DNA of 63,339 bases, filler included, from Octopus bimaculoides (GCF_001194135.2; 6 parts of 6 records of this genome joined end to end with filler, not necessarily neighbours in it), one strand, 5' to 3'. Counted from the first letter of the whole stretch, positions 1-12,129 are shown. Program-made: numbers and translations. Notes: generated by a model not told the origin, from the sequence alone.

Positions 1-124
1 TATATATATACATATATATAAATATATACATATATATATATTTTTTTTTTTTTCGAATTCGTTGGAACGTGATTATGTGAGTTGTCCCTTTTTGTATTGT
101 CTTCATAGTGCCCTTCGTGTCGTG

Positions 125-282
125 GAGCATCGTGATGAGGGCAGGTGTCTGGTTCTTTTAAAATATGAAATTCATGTCATATTAACTGACACGTCTCCGA
201 AACGGCCTGTCGACGAAACTTTTGGATCCATTGAACATCGGTCTATAATTTTAGTTATGTCCGTTTAAGGCTGTAAAATGTC
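125..282 (+). ncRNA. Degenerate type I hammerhead ribozyme fold, probably within a Penelope-like-derived repeat
   Basis: Core GTGATGA at 132-138 (C3 mutated to G). Stem II GGGCAGGTGTC 139-149 / GACACGTCTCC 188-198. GAAA at 199-202. Stem III ACGGCC 202-207 / GGCTGT 269-274. GUA triplet at 273-275. Stem I only partly paired (GCAT 127-130 with ATGT 278-281). Folded by eye. Confidence 0.45.
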
Positions 283-959
283 TGACTTTCTACTTTCCAG
301 ACGCTTCGTGTTCTAACTTGAAATCTTTAGTCCATATAACATATCCTATGAACTTATAATTTACTATATCCTATTTCGTATCGACGTCTTCTATTTTTAA
401 ATACCTATGTATTTATAAATGTTTTTATATATTTTTAAATATCTAAGTGTTTTTTAATATTCTAACTGCTTGTATTCTGACCTCTAAATTTTTATTTCTC
501 TATAGTATATCGCGTGAACTTATAATTCACTATGTTTTATATAATATCGACGTTTTCATATCTTATTTATGTGTATATTTTGTACTTATTTTACTTATAT
601 ATTTTTTTTAATGCTTATGTATTTATAAATGTTTTTACATATTTTTAGATATTTTGCGGGCTTATAAAAATATGCATATGTCTATATGATTGTATCTTAT
701 TAATACTTCTATTATGTTGTGCTTTATGCCGCTTTATTAATGTCGAAGCAAGTGTGCATATATATTGAATATTCTGCTGGATAATAGGTCATGTCCCTCT
801 AGTTTTCCGCTCGGAAAGTGAGTAATATGATAGTTGATGTGCTATAAAGCACGATTCGTAATGATATAGGTTAGACCTCAATATTCAAACCACGTTTGAC
901 TTCCAAGCTTCTGTGATATAAATTCACCAAGAAACAAGTAATGTATATTTGGATTGAGG

Positions 960-1985
960 TCATAATCGTACGAATTCCCATGTGTAGAACAAATTTGCAA
1001 AAATTTTCTGAAAATTCTCCCAAAAATTTGTTAATGTTATACAGGGATTATATGGGGTGCTTGTGGAGGCGCAATGGCCCAGTGGTTAGGGCAGCGGACT
1101 CGCGGTTTCGATTCCCAGACCGGGCGTTGTGAGTGTTTACTGAGCGAAAACACCTAAAAGCTCCACGAGGCTCCGGCAGAGGGGTTGTGGCGAACCCTGC
1201 TGTACTCTTTCACCACAACTTTCTCTCACTCTTTCTTCCTGTTTCTGTTGTGCCTGTATTTCAAAGAGCCAGCCTTGTCACACTTCGTGTCACGCTGAAT
1301 CTCCCCGAGAACTACGTTAAGGGNNNNNNNNNNNNNNNNNNNNNNNNNNNNNNNNNNNNNNNNNNNNNNNNNNNNNNNNNNNNNNNNNNNNNNNNNNNNN
1401 NNNNNNNNNNNNNNNNNNNNNNNNNNNNNNNNNNNNNNNNNNNNNNNNNNNNNNNNNNNNNNNNNNNNNNNNNNNNNNNNNNNNNNNNNNNNNNNNNNNN
1501 NNNNNNNNNNNNNNNNNNNNNNNNNNNNNNNNNNNNNNNNNNNNNNNNNNNNNNNNNNNNNNNNNNNNNNNNNNNNNNNNNNNNNNNNNNNNNNNNNNNN
1601 NNNNNNNNNNNNNNNNNNNNNNNNNNNNNNNNNNNNNNNNNNNNNGATATCCTCCTCATTTCCTTGTCACTCTGACATGTATTGATATTTTTTCAATATC
1701 ATTCTCCTTATAAACACATTTTACGGAATAATGGTGTACCCAAGAGTGGTCCATTGCGGGATTTACGCAAAAAAATTCGGACTGTCCGTATTTTAAACTC
1801 TAATTTTTAAAGAAATTCGAAAAATAGTAGAACTTTTAGGATTTGGATAGGGGTGAAAATTTAAGAAAAGAAAAACTTTTTCATAATCGTACGAATTCCC
1901 GTGTGTAGAAGACAAATTCGCAAAAGTTTTCTGAAAATACCAAAAATACTTTTTTTTAAGTTAGGAAAGGTTATATGGGATGCTT
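960..1985. repeat. Two direct copies of a ~100-bp module (960-1062 and 1881-1985), likely part of a non-autonomous DNA element
   Basis: TCATAATCGTACGAATTCCC...TTTTCTGAAAAT...TTATATGGG.TGCTT occurs at both positions. Confidence 0.6.
1063..1323 (+). mobile_element. tRNA-derived SINE, family A, 3' part lost in an N gap
   Basis: Head GTGGAGGCGCAATGGCCCAGTGG (A box) and GGTTTCGATTCCC (B box); colinear with copies at 12130, 36528 and 36813. Confidence 0.9.
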
Positions 1986-2857
1986 AAACCTGAATTCCAA
2001 CTTGATATCTATTTACAGGTTTAAGCCAATTTTATTTTCCTAATTCTACAAACAACTCCAGAATACGGAATGCACACCACATTTTATTTCTTTTACTCTA
2101 TAAGTCCTGAGTTCAGTCGAAGACAAGTTGTCGTTGCTAATTCTAATTATGGCCAGAAAATTAGTAAGGATCCTGCTTTAGCACCGAGATGTAACTTGGA
2201 AGTTCGCGCTCGGCTAATAGCATTTTCACTTCAGATTCGTCGTGTTCTTTAGCTTTACTTAGTTACTTACTTGTCTTGTCAGTTATGTTTAAGGTGATGT
2301 TTTGGGTGGCGATATAATTTTTGTAACTGCGTAAGGTCAACGACCAACTTTCTGGCCCGCGAGTACGCACTATAGGTATGCACTCGTGTGCGATTCTTTT
2401 CAACCTGTTTTTCCTTATAATGTGTAGATTGTTGCGCACGATCCAGCCCCGGTTTATTCTGCGTCACATCTACATCTCTTGCTCATGGCTTTTTGTCATT
2501 AACTGTTTAATAAGAATGTAATCACCAGCTTGTCCAGTCCATCTTATCCTGGTTCAATACTGATTCAATGACCATTTCATTTGCAACGGAATTTCATATG
2601 ACTTGAGGCCAAGATAGTACGGGATGAATGTCGTTCAAAAATATTCAATCATTCATAGACATTGATAGAAAGTCATTGATGTCCATAATTCATAGTCATT
2701 CAATTGTATGTATATTATATAGATATTGCATAAAATCTATATTATCCAGTATATCACACCATGTGTTCGACTGTTACGTTTTAAAACATCCTTATCCTTG
2801 GAATGACATCGAAGACATTATCAAGATCATTAACGTTATTCTTTGATTCTTCTATTC

Positions 2858-2949
2858 TTTTACTTGCCCAATATGCCACGCAGTGGGACTGAACCAGGAA
2901 CCATGTGGTTGGAAAGCAAGTTTCTTACCACACAGCCACACCTGCGCCT
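2858..2949 (-). mobile_element. SINE family B head fragment
   Basis: Reverse complement reads GGCGCAGGTGTGGCTGTGTGGTAAG...GGTTCAGTCCCACTGCGTGGC, matching the heads at 39137 and 56733. Confidence 0.85.
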
Positions 2950-3070
2950 ACGTATAAATATCATGAAGAAATATGAATTTATGCATCAAAATAAAAATAA
3001 AAGTAGAAACATTTATAAACTCTGAATTCTTTATTTTTAAAACACAGTGGGATGTGATCTGAGAGAACCC

Positions 3071-3288
3071 CGAGGGGATGCTAAAAAGTTCTTGGCTTTG
3101 AGGGTGTCGTGAAAGGCCTGGTTGGAGGCCCAACCTTCCGAGTTCTTTTACAGGGCTTAGAAAACTTGAAGGATCGCTGCAATAAATGTGTGAATCTGAG
3201 AGGGGAATATGTTAATTAAAATCATAATTAACTCATCTTCCTATATTTTCTTTTCCCCAAAGCCAGGAAATTTTCAGCACACCCTCAT
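3071..3288 (+). mobile_element. Mariner-derived MITE (~220 bp)
   Basis: Imperfect ~29-bp TIRs CGAGGGGATGCTAAAAAGTTCTTGGCTTT (3071-3099) and AAAGCCAGGAAATTTTCAGCACACCCTCAT (3259-3288). The interior encodes a mariner-like C-terminus, QGLENLKDRCNKCVNLRGEYVN*. Confidence 0.8.
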
Positions 3289-3790
3289 ATAGGTACTGTT
3301 TCAAGCAGATCGTATAACAAAGTGGAGGATCACACATATGTTAGTGTTACTGTTGTGTAGACCAACGTCAGCCTTGAGCTAACCATCCCATTTCTTTTAT
3401 ACAGATATAATGTACCTAGGACTACATTATCCAATATGTTAATCCTCTTGTTATCAGATGGTTTAGTATGGTTTAAGAAAGATTTTATTGCTATTTCAAG
3501 CTGGTCGATTAACCACATAGAAGTACCCGTTACGACCTTAAAATGTTTCATTATCGATCTTTGTTCTAAATATAGAAAGTAAGAATTATATTTGTACTAT
3601 CATTTACACAAAATTACCTAAATAATCTGTTAATCCACTAATTAGTGTTTTTCTGTGCATTAATCTGATGTTTGGGGATTATGTCAAGAAGAAGGCTATT
3701 TAAAAGAGGTCAAGATAAGATGGGATGAATGTCGTTCAAAAAGATTCAATCATTCATAGACATTGATAGAAAATCATAGATGTACATAAT

Positions 3791-3934
3791 TCATAGTCAT
3801 TCATAAACATTTATAGTCATTCATAAACATCCATAGTCATTCACAGACATTTATAGTCGTTTATAGACATTCATTGTCGCTAATCATTCATATCATTCAT
3901 ATCATTCATATCATTCATATCATTCATATCATTC
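3791..3934. repeat. Compound minisatellite: alternating 10-mers forming a 20-bp unit, followed by (ATCATTCAT)n
   Basis: TCATAGTCAT/TCATAAACAT alternate over 3791-3875; the 9-mer repeats about 5.5 times over 3883-3934. Confidence 0.9.
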
Positions 3935-4313
3935 GAGCCTTCATCAGTTGTCAGTTATCTGTCTACTCCTCGTTTCGAGCATTGAACGACAATATGAGTT
4001 TGGATTTACGGAGGGTCAAAGTTTGGAACGAAAACAGGGCAGTAGAGACATACAAGGAAACCGAACGAAAACATAGATGGAGGATCGTTAGACCAGAACG
4101 AGGGTAAAATAGCGAACGCTGGAGAAATATTTTCTTTGAAAAGTGAAAAGATAGAAAAGATAGATTGAATACTTCCAATCCTTAGGACAGTCCTGAAGGA
4201 AGAGAAAGATAGACGATGGTCACGTGTGAGCAACAAGAGAAAGAAAAAGAGAAAGAGAGGGAGAGAGAGCGACAGATAGAAAACGGTGAAGGGGAGAAAA
4301 GGGAAAACATATA

Positions 4314-4397
4314 CTCTTTACTCTTTTACTTATTTCAGTCAATTTTTACTGTGGCCATGCTGGAGTACCGCCTTTAGTCGAGCAAATCGACCCCAGG
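4314..4397 (-). mobile_element. SINE family B 3' tail, truncated by an N gap
   Basis: CTCTTTTACTT.TTTCAGTCA...GGCCATGCTGGAG.ACCGCCTTTAGTCGAGCAAATCGACCCCAGG matches 63085-63162. Confidence 0.85.
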
Positions 4398-5175
4398 NNN
4401 NNNNNNNNNNNNNNNNNNNNNNNNNNNNNNNNNNNNNNNNNNNNNNNNNNNNNNNNNNNNNNNNNNNNNNNNNNNNNNNNNNNNNNNNNNNNNNNNNGTG
4501 TGTGTGTGTGTGTGTGTGTAAAGAGTTATGCCCTTATCTCAGTGCTGCAGTAAGAACCGAGATATAAGTAGGTCTAGTCTGTTGCTGCTGAGAGATGTTG
4601 TTTACTGTACATCCTGCACGTTAACCGAAAGGAAGAGAGAAGTGGGGAAGAGATACATATATATATAAATAAATGTGTGTGTGTGTGTGTGTATGTACCC
4701 ATGCATGCATGTATGGGTACAGGATGTCACCAGTAGTGCAAATAACATGAAATGCGTAAACAAACGAGGGACCTTTGTGATTTGACGGGCAACATTTTTT
4801 ATGTAGTGTTTTTGGTACCGAAACACTTTCAAACTTCGTATACTTGTATATTTTGTGGTATAGAACAGATAATAAATTTTGTATTCGAAGTTATTTCATG
4901 TTAAAAATTGTCTTATTTCGATAATTTCAACTAATCACTGACGTCTATTCAGTTGAATACAGTAACTGCTGTGACGGTGTATATGGTATTAATCCCCGTT
5001 AGTTCTGACATTTCCGATTAACTAGACTGTTCGTAAACAAAGGGGAAAAAGCCATCAAAATATTTGAATATTGCCTGCACTTGTTATTGGAGCTACCGGA
5101 ATTATTAATGCACCTCCACCAAGTGGTTCATTTCCTAGAAATAGCAGCCAAATCTTCTTCAAATCAAACTCTAGT

Positions 5176-5240
5176 TTAGGGTTAGGGTTCGGGTTTTAGA
5201 GTTAGGATTAGGGTTGGGGTTAGGGTTAGGGTTAGGGTTA
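5176..5240 (+). repeat. Short degenerate interstitial (TTAGGG)n array
   Basis: About 10 units, including perfect TTAGGG and the variants TTCGGG, TTAGAG, TTAGGA and TTGGGG. Confidence 0.85.
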
Positions 5241-5322
5241 TGAGTGAGGTTATGGGGAAAATATACACACAGATACGCACAGCGTAATTTATTATATAAA
5301 CAATATATGCGTATAAATTACG

Positions 5323-5422
5323 NNNNNNNNNNNNNNNNNNNNNNNNNNNNNNNNNNNNNNNNNNNNTTAATTAATTAANNNNNNNNNNNNNNNNNNNNNN
5401 NNNNNNNNNNNNNNNNNNNNNN
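5323..5422. other. Artificial assembly spacer N44-TTAATTAATTAA-N44 (also at linker positions 18560, 32816, 54522 and 61917)
   Basis: The same 12-mer, which has stop codons in all six frames, sits in the centre of 100-bp gaps five times. Confidence 0.95.
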
Positions 5423-5991
5423 ATATATATATAATATATGTATACACACACACGCACACACATATATATATAATTGTCCGCCTATGTATACAATGTAAAC
5501 GAAACGAAAACCAAAGCTACTGCCCCCACCACACACACACACACATCCACCGCCATACACTGCTTAGGCCTTCCCCATAAATTTCTGGCCCTGTGCCTGA
5601 ATTTGAAACTATTCTCCAATTGAAATTACACACAAACACAATATAGGCATTGTAAAGCATTTAAATGTTAGATACCGGAAGAAAGAATTTGTATTCTACA
5701 AAGTAAATTCCAGGTTATTTGGAGCGAGAAAACTAAGCGAAGAAGACATACTTGTGTGGCTAAAGACTATGAATAAACAATTGATTAATTAATTAAATTA
5801 ATTACTTAATTGAGGATAAAAACGTAGGTATACTACAACTAATGCGTGTATATTTTATCGGCTGAGTGACTATCTATATATATGCTCGAATACGCCCGTT
5901 TTCGTGTCGGGAGTCTTGTACGAATAACAGAAGAACGAAATACATGCATATGTGTATTTCAGTGTGTGAGATAGTGAGTGAGTGTGTGTGT

Positions 5992-6089
<98 letters not shown>

Positions 6090-6212
6090 CAGTACTACCA
6101 TGTGAGGCTCAATTTTCAAACTGTATTAAACTCCTTTGTTCCTATTAACTGTGTGTGTGTGTATATATATATATATAATACACACGCACGCACACACACA
6201 TACATACATACA

Positions 6213-6245
<33 letters not shown>

Positions 6246-6814
6246 TCATATATATTGGTACGTATGTATTATGCATGCATACATTCATGTACGCATATAT
6301 GTGTATGTAGAGAAAGGTATAAATATACGTCTATATAAACATATGTGTGTGCCTATGTATATATATATATGCATACATATACATATATACCGAAATATAT
6401 ATATATATATATGCACGCACACACATATACGCAATGTGTGTATGTGTATGTTTTTGTGTGTGTGTATACATATATATATGTTGACATCACTTTCATTAAA
6501 TACACCACTTCAGATCTTGGCTGATAATCAGAAGAACGAAAGAACCAATTCCTTCTTTTGCTATTGATGTTTGCCAACACAATTTCCAAATGCAAAATCT
6601 ATATTGCATGGTTCGATGAATCGAGCATTCAAGAAAGAGCGTAGACCTACTAAACTAAACAGAAATAAGTTCTGTAAATGGAATGGAAATTATGTCAGAG
6701 TTTGGTTCGTGTTCTTTTTTTTTTTTTTATTTGAGTCTTTTTTTGGCAGTTTTCTTTTCTTACTTTTTTTTTACGGTAGCATAATAAAAATAATATTTAT
6801 AACCCTTTCTATTG

Positions 6815-7016
6815 TAGGCACAAGGTCTGAAATTTGGGGAAGAGATTAAGTCGATTACATCGGCCCCCAGTGCGTAACTGGTACTTATTTTATTGATCCA
6901 GAAAGGATAATAGGCTAAGTCGACCTCGGCGGAATTTGAACTCAGAACGTAGCGAAGGACGAAATATTGCTAAGCATTTCGCCCGGCGTGCCAAAGATTC
7001 TGCCAGCTCTCCGCCT
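6815..7016 (-). mobile_element. SINE family C (CORE-like central domain)
   Basis: Reverse complement has AGGCGGAGAGCTGGCAGAATC..., GAGTTCAAATTCCGCCGAGGTCGAC and AATAAGTACCAG...CTGGGG.CGAT. Confidence 0.85.
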
Positions 7017-7023
7017 AATAAAA

Positions 7024-7077
<54 letters not shown>

Positions 7078-7152
7078 GTTCTGATGCAATACGAGGCAGT
7101 GGCCCGCATGGCGGTAGAAGCAGCAGCAGCAGTAGTAGTAGTAGTAGTAGTG

Positions 7153-7185
<33 letters not shown>

Positions 7186-7186
7186 A

Positions 7187-7233
<47 letters not shown>

Positions 7234-7502
7234 AAAGAATGAGTTAAAAAACAAAAAGTTCCAAATAAACCACCGAAACACAAAACAAAATGTCAGCTTC
7301 GATATTGATTTTGAAGGTAAACCAAGCGGAAAAGAAGAAAAAAGTAAAGTGGGAGACATTTATTTATTTATTTATTCGTAATTAACATGCACCAGTATAT
7401 ACGTATACATATTCCATATCTGTAATATGTAAACGTATACTCTAGTGCACTTTACCCATACATATCACATAGACGGAATGCATATCAAATATGCTCTTCT
7501 CC

Positions 7503-7582
<80 letters not shown>

Positions 7583-7671
7583 TTCTCTGTCTTTCCCCAC
7601 ATACGTATTAAATATATGCATATAAGTATGTATATATGCATTTATATGTATGTATGTATGTACGTATGTAT

Positions 7672-7730
<59 letters not shown>

Positions 7731-7925
7731 CTTTTGTTATTTACACCACCTGTCCTCGTCTGTTGTTATTATTTGTATATTCTCCCATATATATATATGT
7801 ATATGCATATGAACGTATGCATACTTATACGCATACACATATATGTACACATATATATGTGTGCGTGTGTTTGTGTGTATATATGTACAAATACACACAC
7901 ATATATATCTACATATATGTATATA

Positions 7926-7999
<74 letters not shown>

Positions 8000-8699
8000 C
8001 ATACATTCATACATACAAGCATATACGTACATATATCACACGCATTCATGCATGCATTTATGCATGTCTCACTAAACATTTATACACACACACATAGATA
8101 TAGATACGTACATACGTACATACATACATACATAAACGTGTGTGCCCGCGCGTGCGTCTGTGCGTACGTCTACCGCGCGTGTGTGTATGGCTAGCTAAGT
8201 CTGATCGAATTAGTTAATCAGATCGAAGAACTGAATGTAATTGAAAATAATAGAATCACCAATGATATTTGCTACTCACCTATTTACCATTTAGGAAACT
8301 GCAATAGCGAAATACACAGAAATTTATAGAAATACAGATATAAAACCGATATTTTATTGAGCGGTAACTCTGCTAATCTGTCTTATGTATATTTTTTTGT
8401 TAATTTTGTTTGCACCATTTTTTTTTCTTTTTTGGTTGGAATATTTCTTTTGAGGAATTATTGAAAGCAATATGGAAATGAAGCTGTTTCTATTGGAGAA
8501 TAAATTATTGCTGGTCTAATGGTTCCAGCTATGGTCAAGCCAGAATAGAGAGTCGCAGGATTGTGGATAAAGATCGGCTGATTTTGTGGAAAGCGTATAT
8601 TCGCTTTAAGAAAGAAACAGGAGGGAATAACTCTTATGTCTATCCTCATTTACGACGGATGGGGGGATTTAAAATACACCGCGATAAATGGATCATCTG

Positions 8700-9102
8700 T
8701 ATGCATTTTGGAAGCCTCCGTCTTGAATCTGAGGCCATGTGGGAAGATGAATGGAGCCATAACGTCGCCATCACTAGTGATCACTCCAAACACCACAATT
8801 AATGATGACTGGATGTTTGATTTCTATCACTCCCGGTACATGTTCGCAGATTGCACTGTCCTCAAATTGACACCCAAACACTCTGAAATGTTAGCGTTGA
8901 AGCTTCCGGCGCGAATGCCAAGCAGTACAGCATATCGTTCCCAAATTTCTGGCAGAGTCAATTGCATCAGACTGGTGTTTTTTCCACAGAGGGTGCTCAA
9001 CTAACTCTACTATACTGTGTAGTCGACAAAATCGAAAAACAAACAATGCGCATGCACGACATTAGAAATATAAGATGGCGACAATCTACCCATCGCACCC
9101 TG
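8700..9102 (-). mobile_element. Tc1/mariner (maT-like) transposon relic, one TIR plus a transposase fragment
   Basis: TIR CAGGGTGCGATGGGTAGATTGTCGCCAT begins at 9102 on the minus strand. A VFGVITSDGDVMAPFIFPHGLRF segment is present, and the copy is colinear with 58755-59565. Confidence 0.8.
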
Positions 9103-9440
9103 TGTATGTGTATGTATGTATGTATGTATATATATATATATATATATATATCTGTGTGTGTATATGTGTGCACGTATGCATGCATCTAGAATATCTTGAA
9201 GCGCACAAATAAAGCTATAATTGATAGCATATAAATGTTGGGTTGAAATATCCTATTGGATAGGAAAAGTCGAACGATGTCCCACGTGCAACCTTCGACT
9301 GTTTTCTATCGAAAAGATATTTTAAACCTAATATTATTTACATGTGATTATTTATAGTTTATGTGCGTTTCGAGATATTCCCAATACATCTTTCAAAAAA
9401 AGAATTTTTCATGTTCTCTCGAAAGTTTATAAATTTATTC

Positions 9441-9500
<60 letters not shown>

Positions 9501-9897
9501 ATAAAACAAGGTACCACTCATTGCTGCGGGAGCCAGCAGGCAACACACGGTCAATGATTATCAATCAACAAAACAAGCAAACAAACAAACGCACAAACAC
9601 ACAAACAAAATAAGCGCGAATGAAATAAACATGGCCGGAAAGAAACACATCAAAAACACGTTTCTGTAAACTAAATACAAAATAGGATAGAGACAGCTAA
9701 CAAGAAATCAGTGTATGTGACTACGTATATGTATATGAAGAATGTTTGTAAAAGCTAAGGTCGATGATCGGCGCAATCAATCAGAAGCGGCTTTAATTAA
9801 TTGTGGATAATACTTAGAACTATTGATTAACTGACTAATGGTCGTGTGTTTGTGTGTGTAAGAGAAAATGTGCGTGGTTGCGCGTGTATATCATCTT

Positions 9898-10085
9898 GTT
9901 CTTTTACTTGTTTTAGTTAGTGGACTGTGGTCATGCTTGAGGCACTGCGTGTGTTGTGTATTTGATTAAATCGAGGCCGATATTTACTATTAAGTGTGGT
10001 ATTTATACTATGAGCCTCTTTTATTGAACCGCTAAATTATGGGGGATGTAAACAAACCGACAGTGTTTTCAAGCAATATGGGAAT
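9898..10085 (-). mobile_element. Old, diverged SINE family B tail
   Basis: CTTTTACTTG..., GAGCCTCTTTTATTGAACCGCTAAATTATGGGGGATGTAAACAAACCG resemble the B tail. Confidence 0.6.
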
Positions 10086-10141
10086 ATACACAAACACAAA
10101 GAAACGCATGCACTTTTACATATGAATATATATTCTTTAAA

Positions 10142-10345
10142 TTCTTCAAATTGTTTCACCTTTAAAGCTGCGGTCATCCTGGGGCACCACCGTTGGCTGT
10201 GCAACCCTATTATTTGAAACCTCTTCTGATGTGTAGCATTTGGTGAATGAGGGAGCTGTATGCTGCGGCCCTCATCTGTTGTTCCTGCCGTGGGGTAGGC
10301 TCATCTGGAACCCTTAACATGATGCGATCCAGTTTTGATTTGAAG
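10142..10345 (-). mobile_element. CR1-type LINE 3' end (ORF2 C-terminus plus 3' UTR)
   Basis: Encodes VFKSKLDRIMLRVPDEPTPRQEQQMRAAAYSSLIHQ, the FKxxLD...VPDxP...AAxxNSL pattern I associate with CR1/L2-group ORF2 ends. The stop is at 10210-10212. Confidence 0.7.
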
Positions 10346-11452
10346 ACACGTACACGTGTACGTAGATCACACATGTACGTACAGATCACATATGTACGTA
10401 CAGAAAATAATAAAAATATGTATGTAGCGGCACGAACATACATGAGTACGCAACAGGCATACACGTGCGCACACACATATGTATATATATATATATATAT
10501 ATACATGTGTGTATTAATATTATAGAAACGCACTCATAAATATCAACAAATTACAATTTTGTATCGGTAAACATACACACACACACACACACACNNNNNN
10601 NNNNNNNNNNNNNNNNNNNNNNNNNNNNNNNNNNNNNNNNNNNNNNNNNNNNNNNNNNNNNNNNNNNNNNNNNNNNNNNNNNNNNNNNNNNNNNNNNNNN
10701 NNNNNNNNNNNNNNNNNNNNNNNNNNNNNNNNNNNNNNNNNNNNNNNNNNNNNNNNNNNNNNNNNNNNNNNNNNNNNNNNNNNNNNNNNNNNNNNNNNNN
10801 NNNNNNNNNNNNNNNNNNNNNNNNNNNNNNNNNNNNNNNNNNNNNNNNNNNNNNNNNNNNNNNNNNNNNNNNNNNNNNNNNNNNNNNNNNNNNNNNNNNN
10901 NNNNNNNNNNNNNNNNNNNNNNNNNNNNNNNNNNNNNNNNNNNNNNNNNNNNNNNNNNNNNNNNNNNNNNNNNNNNNNNNNNNNNNNNNNNNNNNNNNNN
11001 NNNNNNNNNNNNNNNNNNNNNNNNNNNNNNNNNNNNNNNNNNNNNNNNNNNNNNNNNNNNNNNNNNNNNNNNNNNNNNNNNNNNNNNNNNNNNNNNNNNN
11101 NNNNNNNNNNNNNNNNNNNNNNNNNNNNNNNNNNNNNNNNNNNNNNNNNNNNNNNNNNNNNNNNNNNNNNNNNNNNNNNNNNNNNNNNNNNNNNNNNNNN
11201 NNNNNNNNNNNNNNNNNNNNNNNNNNNNNNNNNNNNNNNNNNNNNNNNNNNNNNNNNNNNNNNNNNNNNNNNNNNNNNNNNNNNNNNNNNNNNNNNNNNN
11301 NNNNNNNNNNNNNNNNNNNNNNNNNNNNNNNNNNNNNNNNNNNNNNNNNNNNNNNNNNNNNNNNNNNNNNNNNNNNNNNNNNNNNNNNNNNNNNNNNNNN
11401 NNNNNNNNNNNNNNNNNNNNNNNNNNNNNNNNNNNNNNNNNNNNNNNNNNNN

Positions 11453-11672
11453 TGTGTGTGTGTGTGTGTGTGTGTGTCTGTGTTTGTCCCCCCACCATCG
11501 ATTGACAACCGATGCTGGTGTGTTTACGTCCCCATAACCTAGCGGTTCGGCAAAAAGAGACCAATAGAATAAGTACTAGGCTTACAAAGAATAAATCCTG
11601 GGGTCGATTAGCTCGACTAAAGGCGGTGCTCCAGCATGGCCGCAGTCAAATGACTGAAACAAGTAAAAGAGT
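11453..11672 (+). mobile_element. SINE family B, internal (TG)n plus 3' half
   Basis: (TG)n followed by GTTTGTCCCCCCACCATCG...GGCGGTGCTCCAGCATGGCCGCAGTCAAATGACTGAAACAAGTAAAAGAGT. Confidence 0.9.
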
Positions 11673-11859
11673 GTGCGAGCGCATGCGTGTTTACGAAAAA
11701 CGTTTAGTGTTTGAGGTATTTCTGGGTTTCATAACATTGGGTTTAGTTCTTGCTTCAAAAATACTTTCCGTTAATCTTCGGACCTCTGAGATTGCAGCGC
11801 ATGATAAGAATGAGAAGTTAATGTCCGTTGCCTGCACCTGAAGCATAATAAAGTCATGA

Positions 11860-12085
11860 AACAAAGAATGGCCACTGAAGTCTGGTTATGATGCCATACT
11901 CGAAGCACCATACTTTGGTCTTGTATCGATCCATGGCTCACTTCCTGCGCTCGCGACGCTTCATCAATCAAGAGGAGGTGGAAGTTTCAATGAAAGAGTT
12001 CTTCACTTCGAAGGGCAAGAACTGGTATTAGTATAGGAGCAACGAACTGCCAGAAAGGTGACAACATGATGGCCTCTCCTCTTCG
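11860..12085 (+). mobile_element. Mariner transposase C-terminal relic
   Basis: LYRSMAHFLRSRRFINQEEVEVSMKEFFTSKGKNWY* matches the region downstream of the mariner YSPDLAP motif (LFRSM.HFL...F...EEV.....FF.SK...WY). Confidence 0.75.
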
Positions 12086-12129
12086 CTTTTGTTGTAACTT
12101 GACAAATAAAGCAAATCTATTACCAAAAT

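Larger units (their letters stand above)
2605..3803. repeat. ~95-bp dispersed direct repeat (2605-2701 and 3706-3803)
   Basis: GAGG.CAAGATA...GGGATGAATGTCGTTCAAAAA.ATTCAATCATTCATAGACATTGATAGAAA...CATAATTCATAGTCATTC occurs at both sites. Confidence 0.8.

Noticed and set aside
3405-3578. 174-nt phase 2-2 exon candidate (YNVPRTTLSNMLILLLSDG...) that would join 12677 in frame
   Set aside because: The splice signals are good, but the antisense frame is equally open and vaguely APE-like, the composition is AT-biased, and an artificial spacer at 5367 separates it from 12677.
3791-3934. Short regularly spaced repeats as a possible CRISPR array
   Set aside because: There are no unique spacers and no cas genes, and the context is eukaryotic.
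3930-3995. CTGATGA and GCTCGAAACG on the minus strand as a type II hammerhead
   Set aside because: Stems I, II and III pair too poorly.
8458-8802. Short ORFs next to the maT relic as a possible host exon or piggyBac piece
   Set aside because: No consistent motif or splice-site pair was found, so the segment is left unassigned.
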